Assembly (NCBI GenBank): GCA_963776345.1
Contig: CAVZMH010000013.1
Location: 192,001-256,000, forward strand
Length of the DNA stretch: 64,000 nucleotides
Source: an uncultured delta proteobacterium
GTDB lineage: Bacteria; Myxococcota; Myxococcia; Myxococcales; Myxococcaceae
Direction: 5' to 3'
Below the pieces are notes generated by a model that saw only the letters and a list, made by a program, of their open reading frames with translations, was not told the origin of the DNA and ran no database searches. How positions within the stretch are numbered: the first letter of the stretch is position 1; the number at the start of each line of letters is the position of its first letter. Positions 53,493 through 62,981 of this stretch are shown here, in pieces. The position numbers and the translations under genes are program-made.

Positions 53493-55217
53493 TCAGGCCA
53501 CCCGTCGCGCGCGCGAGACCGGCCGGACGGCGCCCGTCGCGGTCGACTCCCGTGCCGCGCGCACCAGCGCCTCGGCCGCGGCCAGCGCCTCGGAGGTGAC
53601 AATGGCCCCTGACATCATCCGGGCCAGCTCGCGGGTGCGCGGGGCGCCGGCGTCCAGCACCCGCACGCTGGACCAGGTTCGCCCCCGCGCGGAAGTCTTC
53701 TCCACGACCAGGTGCGCGTCGGCGTGCGCTGCCACCTGCGGCAGGTGCGTGATGCAGAGCACCTGTCGGCCGGACGCGACGGCCCGCACCATCCGGCCCA
53801 CCACGTCGGCCACCGCGCCGCTCACCCCGGCGTCCGCCTCGTCGAGGACGACGGTGGCCACCTCGTCCAGGCCGCCGTGCGCCATGGACGTGCGCTTGAG
53901 CGCGAGCCAGAGCCGCGACGCCTCGCCACCGGACGCCACCCGGGCCAGAGGACGGACCGGCTCCCCGGGGTTGGCGCCGAAGAGGAACTCGACCTCGTCC
54001 GCGCCGTCCGCCCGGAGCACGTCGCCGGGCGCGAGCTGGACCGTGAACGCCGCGCGCGGCAGCGCCAGCCGGCCGAGCTCCAGGGTGACGGCGCGCTCGA
54101 GCTGGCGGGCCGCGCGCTCGCGCTCCCTCCGGAGCGCCCGGGCCGACTCCCAGGCCCGCGCCTCGGCGGCCGCGCGCTCGGCCTCCAGCGCGGCCATGCG
54201 CTCCCGGCGCCCCTCCAGCCGCGCGCACTCGATGCGCAGCGCCTCGAGGCGGGCGGGGAGCCCGGGCACGTCGGTGCCGTGCTTGCGCGCGAGGCGCCGG
54301 AGCGCGTCCAGCCGCTCCTCCACCACCGCCAGTCGCTCCGGATCGGCCTCCAGCCCGTCGAGGTAGCGGTGGAGGCTCCGCACCGCGTCGTCGAGCGCCG
54401 CGGCCGCCGAGACCACGGACGAGGCGGACTCGCCGAGGTCGGGATCGGTCCGGGCCGCCTCCTCGAGCATCCGGGCGGCCCGCGCGGCCACGGTGCACAC
54501 CCCGGCGTCATCCCCGCCGAGCATCGCCTCGGACTCGAGGGCCGCCGCCCGCAGCCGCTCCACCCCGGCGAGCCGCCTCCGCTCGGCCTCGAGCGCAGGC
54601 TCCTCGCCGGGCGCCGGAGCGAGCCGCTCGAGCTCGTCGAGCTGGAAGCGGGCGAACTCCGCGCGGGCCTCCTGCGCCGCGGCGTCCCCGCCCAGCGACT
54701 GCCGCTCGGCCTCCAGCGCCACCAGCGGCGCGTGCGCGGCGCGGTAGGCTTCCAGCGCGGGGAGCACGCCCTCCCACCGGTCCAGCGCCGCGCGGTGGGT
54801 GGCGGCCTCGAAGAGCCCGACGTGCGCGTGCTGGCCGGCGATGTCCAGCTCTCCACGCATGAGCTGGCCGAGGACCCCCACCGAGGCGAGGGCGCCGTTG
54901 ACGTGAACCTTGCTCCGTCCGGCCCGGCCGACGACCCGCCTGAGCACCACCTCGTCCCCGTGGTCCGGGAGCCCCAGCGCCTCCAGCCGGAGCGCGAGCC
55001 CCGGCGTGCGCTGGAAGACGGCCTCGACCACCGCCTCCTCGGCGCCGGAGCGCACGCATTCGGCGTCCGCCCGGGTGCCGAGGAGAAGCCCGAGCGCGTC
55101 CACGAGGATGCTCTTCCCGGCGCCCGTCTCCCCCGTCAGCACGGTCAGCCCCGGCCCGAAGGCGACCTCGACCTCTTCCACCACCGTGAAGCTCTCGATG
55201 CGTAGCGCGAGCAACAT
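53493..55217 (-). CDS. recN: DNA repair protein RecN
   Basis: LTGETGAGKS, coiled coil, ASGGE.SR, DEAD.G and CITHLPQVA. Confidence 0.95.
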   Translation of the reverse strand: MLLALRIESFTVVEEVEVAFGPGLTVLTGETGAGKSILVDALGLLLGTRADAECVRSGAEEAVVEAVFQRTPGLALRLEALGLPDHGDEVVLRRVVGRAGRSKVHVNGALASVGVLGQLMRGELDIAGQHAHVGLFEAATHRAALDRWEGVLPALEAYRAAHAPLVALEAERQSLGGDAAAQEARAEFARFQLDELERLAPAPGEEPALEAERRRLAGVERLRAAALESEAMLGGDDAGVCTVAARAARMLEEAARTDPDLGESASSVVSAAAALDDAVRSLHRYLDGLEADPERLAVVEERLDALRRLARKHGTDVPGLPARLEALRIECARLEGRRERMAALEAERAAAEARAWESARALRRERERAARQLERAVTLELGRLALPRAAFTVQLAPGDVLRADGADEVEFLFGANPGEPVRPLARVASGGEASRLWLALKRTSMAHGGLDEVATVVLDEADAGVSGAVADVVGRMVRAVASGRQVLCITHLPQVAAHADAHLVVEKTSARGRTWSSVRVLDAGAPRTRELARMMSGAIVTSEALAAAEALVRAARESTATGAVRPVSRARRVA

Positions 55218-55224
55218 GCGGGCA

Positions 55225-55284
55225 CTGAACCTCCGTTCCGTACCGAACGGTACCCCGACCCGCCGACACTGTACAGACATTCAG
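55225..55284. promoter_or_regulatory. Two putative Myxococcus-type LexA (SOS) boxes upstream of recN
   Basis: CTGAAC-CTCC-GTTCCG (55225-55240) and CTGTAC-AGAC-ATTCAG (55269-55284) both resemble the palindrome CTGAAC-N4-GTTCAG. Confidence 0.75.
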
Positions 55285-55336
55285 GTCCGCCGAGGGCAAA
55301 CCCACCGCGCCCGCGCGTGCGCCCCGGGAGGCGCTT

Positions 55337-58300
55337 TCAGTCCTGGGCGAAGAGCGTCTCGATGTCCTGCTCGGTGAGCTTCTCGGAGAGCCCGCCGCCC
55401 GGGCCGAGGATGCCCTGGGCCAGCGCCCGCTTCCGCTGCTGCAGCGCGAGGATCTTCTCCTCCACCGTGCCGCGGGTGATGAGCTTGTAGGAGATGACCG
55501 CCCGCGTCTGGCCGATGCGGTGCGTCCGGTCGGTGGCCTGGTCCTCCACCGCCGGGTTCCACCATGGATCGTAGTGGAGGACGTAGTCCGCGGCGGTCAG
55601 GTTCAGCCCCGTCCCGCCCGCCTTCAGGCTGATGAAGAAGATGGGCGGCCCGTCCTCCTTGTTGAACGCGTCCACCCGCGCCATCCGGTCCCTGGTCCGG
55701 CCGTCCAGCGAGAGGAACGAGATCCCCCGTGCCTGGGCGTGCGCCTCGAGCAGCCGGAGCATCTCGGTGAACTGGCTGAAGACCAGCGCCCGGTGCCCCT
55801 CCGCGAGGAGGTCGTCCACCAGCTCGTCGAACCGCTCCAGCTTCGCCGAGGGCGGCAGGGCCGCGGTGCCCGGCAGCTTGAGCAGCCGCGGGTCGTTGCA
55901 CACCTGCCGGAGCCGGAGCAGCGCGGCGAGGATGGACACCCGGGCCCGCTTGAAGCCGACCTTCTGGATGCTCTCCTGCACCTTGGCCCGGCTCTCCTCG
56001 AGCACCTCGCGGTAGAGCGCGGCCTGCGCGGGCTCCATCTCGCAGTAGGCCACCGTCTCGGTCTTCGGCGGAAGGTCCTTCGCCACCTCGGTCTTGAGCC
56101 GCCGGAGCAGGAAGGGCTGCACCCGCCGCCGGAGCCGCTCGCGCGCGCCCAGGTCGGCGGCCACCTCGATCGGCTGCTCGTACCGCTCGGCGAAGTCCTC
56201 CTCGGCGCCGAGGAAGCCCGGCATCAGGAAGTCGAAGATGCTCCACAGCTCCGAGAGCCGGTTCTCCAGCGGAGTGCCGGTGAGCGCCAGCCGGTGGTCG
56301 GCGGGGAGCGCCTTGCAGGCCTGGGCCGTGGCCGAACCCGCGTTCTTGATGTTCTGGGCCTCGTCCAGGAGCACGTAGCGCCAGCGGGTCTTCGACAGCT
56401 CGTCCCGGTCCCGCCGGGCCAGCGCGTAGGAGGTCAACACCAGGTCTGCGCCGGCGAGGTCCTCCACCCGCTCGCGACGGTCCTGCCCGTGCCACACCGC
56501 GACGCGCAGCCCCGGGGTGAAGCGCTCGGCCTCGCGCTGCCAGTTGGGGAGCACGCTGGTCGGGGCGACCACCAGCGACGGCCCGGGCCCGTCGACGTTC
56601 CGCGCCTGCTGGAGCAGCGCCAGCGCCTGCACCGTCTTCCCGAGCCCCATGTCGTCGGCGAGGATGCCGCCGAGGCCGTGCCGGTGGAGGAACCACAGCC
56701 AGGAGAGGCCGTCCTCCTGGTAGTGCCGGAGCGTGGCGGTGAGGCCCTCGGGCGGGGGCACCGCGGGGATGCGCGACAGCTCCTTGAACTCGGCGATGGC
56801 AGAGCGGGCGCGGGCCTCGAACCGGGCGCCCTCGCCGAGCGCAGTCAGCGCATCGAGCGCGCCGGCCTGGTACGGCGGCAGCTCCGTCCGCTCCTTCCCG
56901 GGCAGCGCGCCGGCCTCCTCGAGCAGGTCCGCGGCCCGGGTCAGCTCCTCGCGGTCCGCCTCGGCGTAGCTGCCGTCCGGGAGCGGGATGAAGCGCCGTC
57001 CGGAGCGGAGCCACAGGCGCACCGCGCCGAGGTCCACCATCTGCTCCTCGGCCTCGAAGCGCGCATCCAGCTCGAACCAGCCGTTGTTCCCGGTGGCGAC
57101 GCGCACCCTGGGGCGGAGCTTCTTCCGCATCCGGACCTTGGGGGCCCTGGCGAGGAAGCGCTCCCAGTCCGCGGGGAGCGAGGAGAGCCCGGTGCTCCAG
57201 AACGTCACCGCGGCGTCCCCGGTGGCCTCGTAGACGCTGCCCTGCGGGTCGTACTTGAACCCCAGGCCGAGCAGCGCCTGGCCCGCCTCGCGCTCGGCGG
57301 CCTCCTGGCGGCGGTACAGCGTCCGGCCCTGGCCCCCGGGCGCGGCCGCGTATCCGAGGTGGATGGCCGTGGGCGAGACCGGAACCGTCGCCGTGCCGTA
57401 GCGCGCGGCGAGCTGGGCCCGCGCCTCCTCCGCCGAGCCCTCCAGGGTGAGGAGGAAGACGGGGCGGCTGTCCTCCACCACGTCCAGACCGTCCGCCCGG
57501 AGACGCAGGTCGATGCGCGGCAGGTGCGCGGCGAAGAAGGACAGCACGCGCTCCACCTGGGCCGCGGGGAAGGACATGCTCGGCTCGCGCATCCACGCCC
57601 GCCACATCCGCGCGGGGAGGTCGGGCTCCAGCGCGTGGGCGGTCTGCCCCTCGAGGAGCACCGTGCTCCTCCGGCCGATGAGGAGCAGCGAGGTGTCGAA
57701 CCCGGTCGTCCGGCCGTCGGGGAGCTGGAACTCGATCTTCGCCCGCGCCCCGGCAGGCGTCGACGAGAAGTGGATCTGCGGACGCGCCGGCTCGGCCGAG
57801 AACTGGAGCGGCGTCCCCCGGTAGACCACCCGCCGCGAGCGAAGGAGCGGAAGGAGGTCGGCGACGTCGTCGTCGGTGAGGATGAACTTGCCGTCGAACC
57901 GGCTCTCGTGGCGGGCGAGCTCGCCGAAGACCAGCTCGTCGGCCGGGGACAGCCGGGTGCCACCCGAGAGGAAGCGCTTGACCGACAGCGGACCGCCGTC
58001 CTTGCCGTCCCGCCGGCGCACGTCGAACAGCCAGGAGCGCCCCGAGGCGCGGGGGTGGGCCGGCGCGAGCCGGTAGACGAACGCCGGCTCGCCCGCCGCG
58101 GACACCCCGAGCCACGACTCGAGCTTGGCCAGCGCCGGCAGCGGCACGACCTCGGCGGGGCGGGCGGCATCGGCTGGACGGGGCGGCCCGAGTCCAGCCG
58201 CGCGGTCGGCATAGGCCAGGGCCACCGCGTGCTTGCAGTGCGGGCCGTACTCGCCCCAGGCCGGACAGCTGCACCGCGACCTGACCGTGTGGTCCGGGTT

Positions 58301-58516
58301 CAGGCCGACCTCCACCTGGTAGACCTCGCCCGAGCTCCCGGCGACCTCGCCGCGGCGCAGGCCATCGGCGTCGTCGGACCACCGCCTCACCCGGCCCTCG
58401 CGGGCGACGTCCCGTCCCTTCTTGAAGCTGGTGGGCTGCACCTCCGCGCGGAGCGCGTCGATCAGCGCGAGGGGGTTGCGCGCGGCTGCTTGGTCAGGCT
58501 CGGGAAGAGGATCCAC
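55337..58516 (-). CDS. SWIM zinc-finger SNF2-family ATPase/helicase
   Basis: SWIM motif CSC...CKH, LRHYQ, ILADDMGLGKT, DEAQ, TGTPLEN and WWNPAVE.QA.DR.HRIGQ. Confidence 0.95.
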   Translation of the reverse strand: MDPLPEPDQAAARNPLALIDALRAEVQPTSFKKGRDVAREGRVRRWSDDADGLRRGEVAGSSGEVYQVEVGLNPDHTVRSRCSCPAWGEYGPHCKHAVALAYADRAAGLGPPRPADAARPAEVVPLPALAKLESWLGVSAAGEPAFVYRLAPAHPRASGRSWLFDVRRRDGKDGGPLSVKRFLSGGTRLSPADELVFGELARHESRFDGKFILTDDDVADLLPLLRSRRVVYRGTPLQFSAEPARPQIHFSSTPAGARAKIEFQLPDGRTTGFDTSLLLIGRRSTVLLEGQTAHALEPDLPARMWRAWMREPSMSFPAAQVERVLSFFAAHLPRIDLRLRADGLDVVEDSRPVFLLTLEGSAEEARAQLAARYGTATVPVSPTAIHLGYAAAPGGQGRTLYRRQEAAEREAGQALLGLGFKYDPQGSVYEATGDAAVTFWSTGLSSLPADWERFLARAPKVRMRKKLRPRVRVATGNNGWFELDARFEAEEQMVDLGAVRLWLRSGRRFIPLPDGSYAEADREELTRAADLLEEAGALPGKERTELPPYQAGALDALTALGEGARFEARARSAIAEFKELSRIPAVPPPEGLTATLRHYQEDGLSWLWFLHRHGLGGILADDMGLGKTVQALALLQQARNVDGPGPSLVVAPTSVLPNWQREAERFTPGLRVAVWHGQDRRERVEDLAGADLVLTSYALARRDRDELSKTRWRYVLLDEAQNIKNAGSATAQACKALPADHRLALTGTPLENRLSELWSIFDFLMPGFLGAEEDFAERYEQPIEVAADLGARERLRRRVQPFLLRRLKTEVAKDLPPKTETVAYCEMEPAQAALYREVLEESRAKVQESIQKVGFKRARVSILAALLRLRQVCNDPRLLKLPGTAALPPSAKLERFDELVDDLLAEGHRALVFSQFTEMLRLLEAHAQARGISFLSLDGRTRDRMARVDAFNKEDGPPIFFISLKAGGTGLNLTAADYVLHYDPWWNPAVEDQATDRTHRIGQTRAVISYKLITRGTVEEKILALQQRKRALAQGILGPGGGLSEKLTEQDIETLFAQD

Positions 58517-58636
58517 GGCGAACCTCCAGGGCTAACACGAACCGCGCGCGCTCGCCGTGTCATCCGTGTCGCAGTGCGACCCGAGCCCGCGGGCCTTGCC
58601 CCCCGCCACTGGAGTCCAGTAACAGGCGCGCTCCGA

Positions 58637-60109
58637 ATGCCCTTCGCGGCCGCCGAGCGCCCGGTCCGGTTCGTGGCCCTGGCCTGGACCAGCGGGCTCC
58701 TGGCCGTCCTCACGGGCGCCCGGCTCCTGGTCGAGGCGCTGACCCGGACGCGGCTCCTCCTCGACCACCCCTCGGGAGCGTGGGCGACGCTGGCGGACGA
58801 CATCCTCCACGGCACCTTCTACCGCCCGGTCGAGTCGCCCCTGGGCTGGGGAGGCACGCGCTACCCGCCGGTGTACCCGCTGCTCTACGCCGGCGTGGCC
58901 CGGGTGGTCGGGTCGCTGCCCACCGCGGCCGAGCTGCTCGAGCTGCTCGCGCTGGCGGCCCTGGTGGGGTGCACCTTCCTTCTGCTCGAGCGGCTGGGCG
59001 TGCGGCGGCGGCTCGCGGTCCCCGGCGCGGCGATGGTCCTGGCGCTGGTCCCGGTGCAGGCCCTGCTCGGGCTCGGGAAGGCGGACCTCCTGGCCTCGGC
59101 CTTCGCCATCGCGGGGCTCCTGATCGCCTCGCGCGAGGGCGGCCGCCGGGCCGACGTCCTGATCGCCCTCCTCTTCTGCCTCGCGGTGCTCACCAAGTGG
59201 ACCGTCCTGGGCTCGATGCTGGGGTGGGTGACCCACGCCTGGATCCACGGCCGGCGCCGCGTCGCCGCGGAGCGGGCAGCGCTGTTCGGCGGGTTGCTCG
59301 CGGCCGGCACGCTTGGAGCCCAGCTGGCGAGCGGCGGCCAGATGCTGCTCCAGCTCCGCGCCTGCGCCACCGGCGGCGGGGACACCGAGCAGCTGCTCAC
59401 GGCGCCGCTGAAGCTCCTCCTGAACTCGGACCCGGCCGACCTCCTGCTGGTCATCCTCGCCTGCGGCGTCCTCGCGGCCGCCCCCCGGGGGACCTGGCGC
59501 TCGCTGCCCGTCCTGGCCTTCGTCTGGACGGGGCTCTGCCTGCTGGCCACCTTCACCTCCGCCGGCATCGCCGGGAATCACCTGCTGGACCTCACGGTGC
59601 TGGCGCTGGTCGTCCTCCTCGCGGGGGTCGAGCGCGGGGTGGTGCCGCTCCGGTTCGCGGCGGTCGTCCTCCCGCTCTACACCGTCGTCACCGTCAGCCG
59701 GTTCTCCCCGGAGGTCGTCGAGGGTCTCCAGACGCCCCGGCCCGCCGAGCTGCTCGGGGCGCTGGGCGCAAGGTCGGAGGGGCCGCTCCTCGCGGAGAAC
59801 CCATGGGTCCCGCTCCTGGCCGGAGAGCGGCCGGTGCTCGCCGACCCGTTCGCCTTCCGCATCCTCGCGCTTGGCCGCCCGGAGCTGATGCAGCACCTCA
59901 CCCGCGACCTGGACGCCCACCGGTTCCGCGCGGTCGTGCTCCGCTGGCCCGCGGACCATCCCGACGGGCGCGCGTGGTACGCGGGAACGCACTTCGGCCC
60001 CGGGTTCGTGGACGCGCTGAGCCGCTCGTACGTGCGCGTGGCGAGCTTCCGGACCAAGCCGAGGCCGTACTGGACCCACGACGTGTGGCGGCCGGCTCCG
60101 GACCGCTAG
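58637..60109 (+). CDS. Polytopic membrane protein, ArnT/GT-C-like
   Basis: First loop ADDI..G..Y...RYPPVYP, about 10 TM segments and a small C-terminal soluble domain. Confidence 0.6.
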   Translation: MPFAAAERPVRFVALAWTSGLLAVLTGARLLVEALTRTRLLLDHPSGAWATLADDILHGTFYRPVESPLGWGGTRYPPVYPLLYAGVARVVGSLPTAAELLELLALAALVGCTFLLLERLGVRRRLAVPGAAMVLALVPVQALLGLGKADLLASAFAIAGLLIASREGGRRADVLIALLFCLAVLTKWTVLGSMLGWVTHAWIHGRRRVAAERAALFGGLLAAGTLGAQLASGGQMLLQLRACATGGGDTEQLLTAPLKLLLNSDPADLLLVILACGVLAAAPRGTWRSLPVLAFVWTGLCLLATFTSAGIAGNHLLDLTVLALVVLLAGVERGVVPLRFAAVVLPLYTVVTVSRFSPEVVEGLQTPRPAELLGALGARSEGPLLAENPWVPLLAGERPVLADPFAFRILALGRPELMQHLTRDLDAHRFRAVVLRWPADHPDGRAWYAGTHFGPGFVDALSRSYVRVASFRTKPRPYWTHDVWRPAPDR

Positions 60110-61416
60110 AGCTTCAGCGCGAGGAACGCCGCTCCGACCAGGTAGATGGCCACGGAGAGCCCGAGCGCCGTCCCGATGGCGGGCGGCCGCCACCGGGCGA
60201 GCCCCATGCCGGTGAGCAGGAGGAGGGGCACGGTGAAGTCGAGCGTGTAGCGCGGCCCCCACTGCACGTATCCCGTCCCCATCACCAGAAAGATGGGGAT
60301 GGCGGTGAACACGATGGAGGCGACCAGCGCTCGCACCGAGCCGCGTGGTCCGCCCCGCGCCCAGAAGGCGGCGAGGAAGACCGGTGTCATCCAGAAGAGG
60401 CCGCCGCCCTGGAGGCTCTCGAGGCCGGGGACGAGCGGATAGGTGAGCAGCTCGTAGAAGACGTTGCGCGGCAGGTAATGGAGGCTGAACGCGCCGTACC
60501 GGGCGAAGTCGTCGACGAAGACGCCGCCCATCCGATGGAAGCGGAGCCCGGTCTCGAGCAGGGAGCCGAAGCGCGCGACGTCGTACGCGCCGAGCAGGGC
60601 CACCGCGGCGAGGACCGGGAGCGCCATCGCCGCGAGGACGCCCAGGCGCCTCCTCCCGGTCGGCTCCTTCGAGAGCAGCGCCCAGACGGGCCAGACCCCG
60701 GCGACGACGAGGTGGGGCCGGGTGGCGAGGGCGGCCGAGAGCGCGAGGCCCGCCGCGAGCGCGCCAGCTGGCCCGCGCAGGCGGATGGCCGCGAGGTAGG
60801 CCAGCCCGAGCGCGGCGAAGCCGATGAGCTGGCCGGTGAACCAGACCCGCCCGAACGGAGCGAGCGTGAGGTGCACCGACCCGAAGGCGAAGCAGGTGAC
60901 GAGCGCCCCGCGCCGGACCCGGTCGAGGCGGACCCGGCGCCCGGCCACCGCGGCGCGGAGGAGCACCGCCACCAGCGCCACGTCCAGCGCTCCGAGGAGG
61001 ACGGTGAAGGCCACGTCGCTGAACCGCACCCCCCACACCGCGACGAAGGGCACGAGCAACAGCGCCGGGAACGGGCCCCAGTACAGGTGCAGCTTCCCCT
61101 CGAAGACGCTCAGGTCGTGGGTGTCCGGCGGGGTGAGCCTCAGGCTGGTCTGCCCGTGGAGGAACGCGTCGGCGAGGTACTGGTAGTACGGGAACGGCGA
61201 GACCCCGCCCGGGTCGCCATGCCAGAGCGCGAAGGCGGCGTAGACGACCAGCGCGGCGCCCGCGGCCACCAGCGGGCGGTCGGCGAGCGCGAGCACCGCC
61301 CACGGGCGCCCGTGCCAGCGCGCGCTCGAGAGCGCGGCCGTGGCGCCGGCGGACGTCTCCGGGACGAGCGTGCCTCGAGCCGCCGGAGCACCGGGCGAGC
61401 CGGCCGGCTCGCTCAT
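60106..61416 (-). CDS. Polytopic membrane protein, probable GT-C
   Basis: YY..LADAFLHGQ..L...DLS...GK..LYWGP.P, many TM segments and G.RY..D. Confidence 0.6.
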   Translation of the reverse strand: MSEPAGSPGAPAARGTLVPETSAGATAALSSARWHGRPWAVLALADRPLVAAGAALVVYAAFALWHGDPGGVSPFPYYQYLADAFLHGQTSLRLTPPDTHDLSVFEGKLHLYWGPFPALLLVPFVAVWGVRFSDVAFTVLLGALDVALVAVLLRAAVAGRRVRLDRVRRGALVTCFAFGSVHLTLAPFGRVWFTGQLIGFAALGLAYLAAIRLRGPAGALAAGLALSAALATRPHLVVAGVWPVWALLSKEPTGRRRLGVLAAMALPVLAAVALLGAYDVARFGSLLETGLRFHRMGGVFVDDFARYGAFSLHYLPRNVFYELLTYPLVPGLESLQGGGLFWMTPVFLAAFWARGGPRGSVRALVASIVFTAIPIFLVMGTGYVQWGPRYTLDFTVPLLLLTGMGLARWRPPAIGTALGLSVAIYLVGAAFLALKL

Positions 61417-62981
61417 GCTCCCCCCTTGACGTAGAGCACCAGCGGGCCCTGGACGAACACCCGCCGGAAGCTCGGCGGGACCAGCTCCGCGAACCCCGGC
61501 TGCTCGTCCCAGGTGAGCAGGTGGTCGAACCGTGGCTCGGCGATGGCCCAGAAGCGGCGCCAGCGCTCCTCCCAGAGCCGGCGGCACTCCTCCGGCGGGC
61601 GCTCCCGGCCCTCGCACACCGCCTCGGGCGTGCGGTTGGCCATCGCCATGACGTCGATGGCCGGCGGGAGCAGCTCGGGCGGAGCCCAGCGCACGTAGGT
61701 GAGCGGGTACGAGCGCTCCACCGCGAAGAGGAGCGGCGCCGTGGTCCGGCGGGCGAGCACGTAGTGTCCCCAGGCGTGCTTCAGCGGTTCGGTGAACACC
61801 GCGCTCCCGTGCTGCTCGAACACCAGCGGCAGCAGGCGCGCACCCTCCGCCACGTGGGGAATGGCGGCGCAGAACTCCTGCCGATCGCGCTCGAGCCGCC
61901 GGTAGTCCACCACCATCCCCAGGGCATAGAGCGCCGCTGCCCCGGCGAGACCGCGGACGAGGCCAGAGGGCATCGGCGCCGGCGCGCGGAGCAGCAGCCC
62001 CGCCCAGAGGAAGGGGATCATCCGCGCGTTGAACAGCCCCCAGTTGCTCTGCGAGGCCGGCAGCGCGAGGTAGAGGACGAGGAGCACCGCCATCGCCGGC
62101 CAGCGGAAGTAGGGTACCGGGCGCATCCGCTCGCGCCAGGCGGCGACCAGCAGCACGGCGGCAGGGAGCATCGCCGACGCCTCGAGCCAGCCGAACCCGC
62201 CCGGGCCGTGCGTCCAGAGCTGCGCCAGGGTGTCGAGCGGCGAGGAGTAGTGGACGCCGGCATCGAGCAGCGGCGGGCGCGCCTCGGGCTTGAGCCAGTG
62301 CACGGCGGCGGTGGCCAGCGAGAGGAGCAACGCCGGCACGAGGGGCCCGAGCGCCCGGAGCAGACGCCGTGGCCAGGTGCGCCAGGGTGCGGCGAGCAGC
62401 ACCTCGAGGCCGACCAGCCCCGTGGCCACGGTGATCGGGAACGGGTGCGCGTACCAGGCGCCGACGCCCAGGGCTCCGAGCCCGAGCGCCTTCGCCGCCC
62501 CGGGCGCACGCTCGAGGCGGTGGGCGAGCGCCAGCGCCCCGAGCGCCCCGGCCGTCCCCACCGAGAAGTTGAGCAGGCCCACCGGAACGAAGAGCCCGTG
62601 CACCAGCGGCCAGCCGAGGAGGGCCACCGAGGGGAGGCGCTCGGGTCCGGCGAGGCTCCAGCCGAGCCAGGCCAGCGCCGCCGCCATCGCCGCGAGGGTA
62701 CAGCCGACGAAGAGGCGCGCGGCGCCGACGAGCCCGAGAGGGCCGCCGAGCAGGTGGAACCACAGCGCAAGCAGCGCGTTGGAGCGGAGGAAGCCGTTGG
62801 CCTGGAGGTCCGGGTAGTCGGCGAGGTGCTCGGTGATGAACGCGCTCGCCAGATGGTTGGGGAGGTCCTGGAGCGGCGGCACGGTGCCGAGCAGAAGCGG
62901 CGCGGCGGCGACCGCGAAGAGGGCGAGGGCGGCCCGGCCCGGGCGGCCGAACCAGCGCTGGGGCCAGCCGTCCTGGCTCAT
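61413..62981 (-). CDS. Polytopic membrane protein, probable GT-C
   Basis: First-loop motif PPLQDLPNHLA, about 10 TM segments and a C-terminal soluble domain; ATGA-coupled to both neighbours. Confidence 0.6.
   Translation of the reverse strand: MSQDGWPQRWFGRPGRAALALFAVAAAPLLLGTVPPLQDLPNHLASAFITEHLADYPDLQANGFLRSNALLALWFHLLGGPLGLVGAARLFVGCTLAAMAAALAWLGWSLAGPERLPSVALLGWPLVHGLFVPVGLLNFSVGTAGALGALALAHRLERAPGAAKALGLGALGVGAWYAHPFPITVATGLVGLEVLLAAPWRTWPRRLLRALGPLVPALLLSLATAAVHWLKPEARPPLLDAGVHYSSPLDTLAQLWTHGPGGFGWLEASAMLPAAVLLVAAWRERMRPVPYFRWPAMAVLLVLYLALPASQSNWGLFNARMIPFLWAGLLLRAPAPMPSGLVRGLAGAAALYALGMVVDYRRLERDRQEFCAAIPHVAEGARLLPLVFEQHGSAVFTEPLKHAWGHYVLARRTTAPLLFAVERSYPLTYVRWAPPELLPPAIDVMAMANRTPEAVCEGRERPPEECRRLWEERWRRFWAIAEPRFDHLLTWDEQPGFAELVPPSFRRVFVQGPLVLYVKGGA

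Noticed and set aside
55337..58516. Anti-phage defence system built on the SNF2 ATPase
   Set aside because: Ordinary SWIM-SNF2 architecture with no neighbouring DNA methylase, nuclease or other defence genes.
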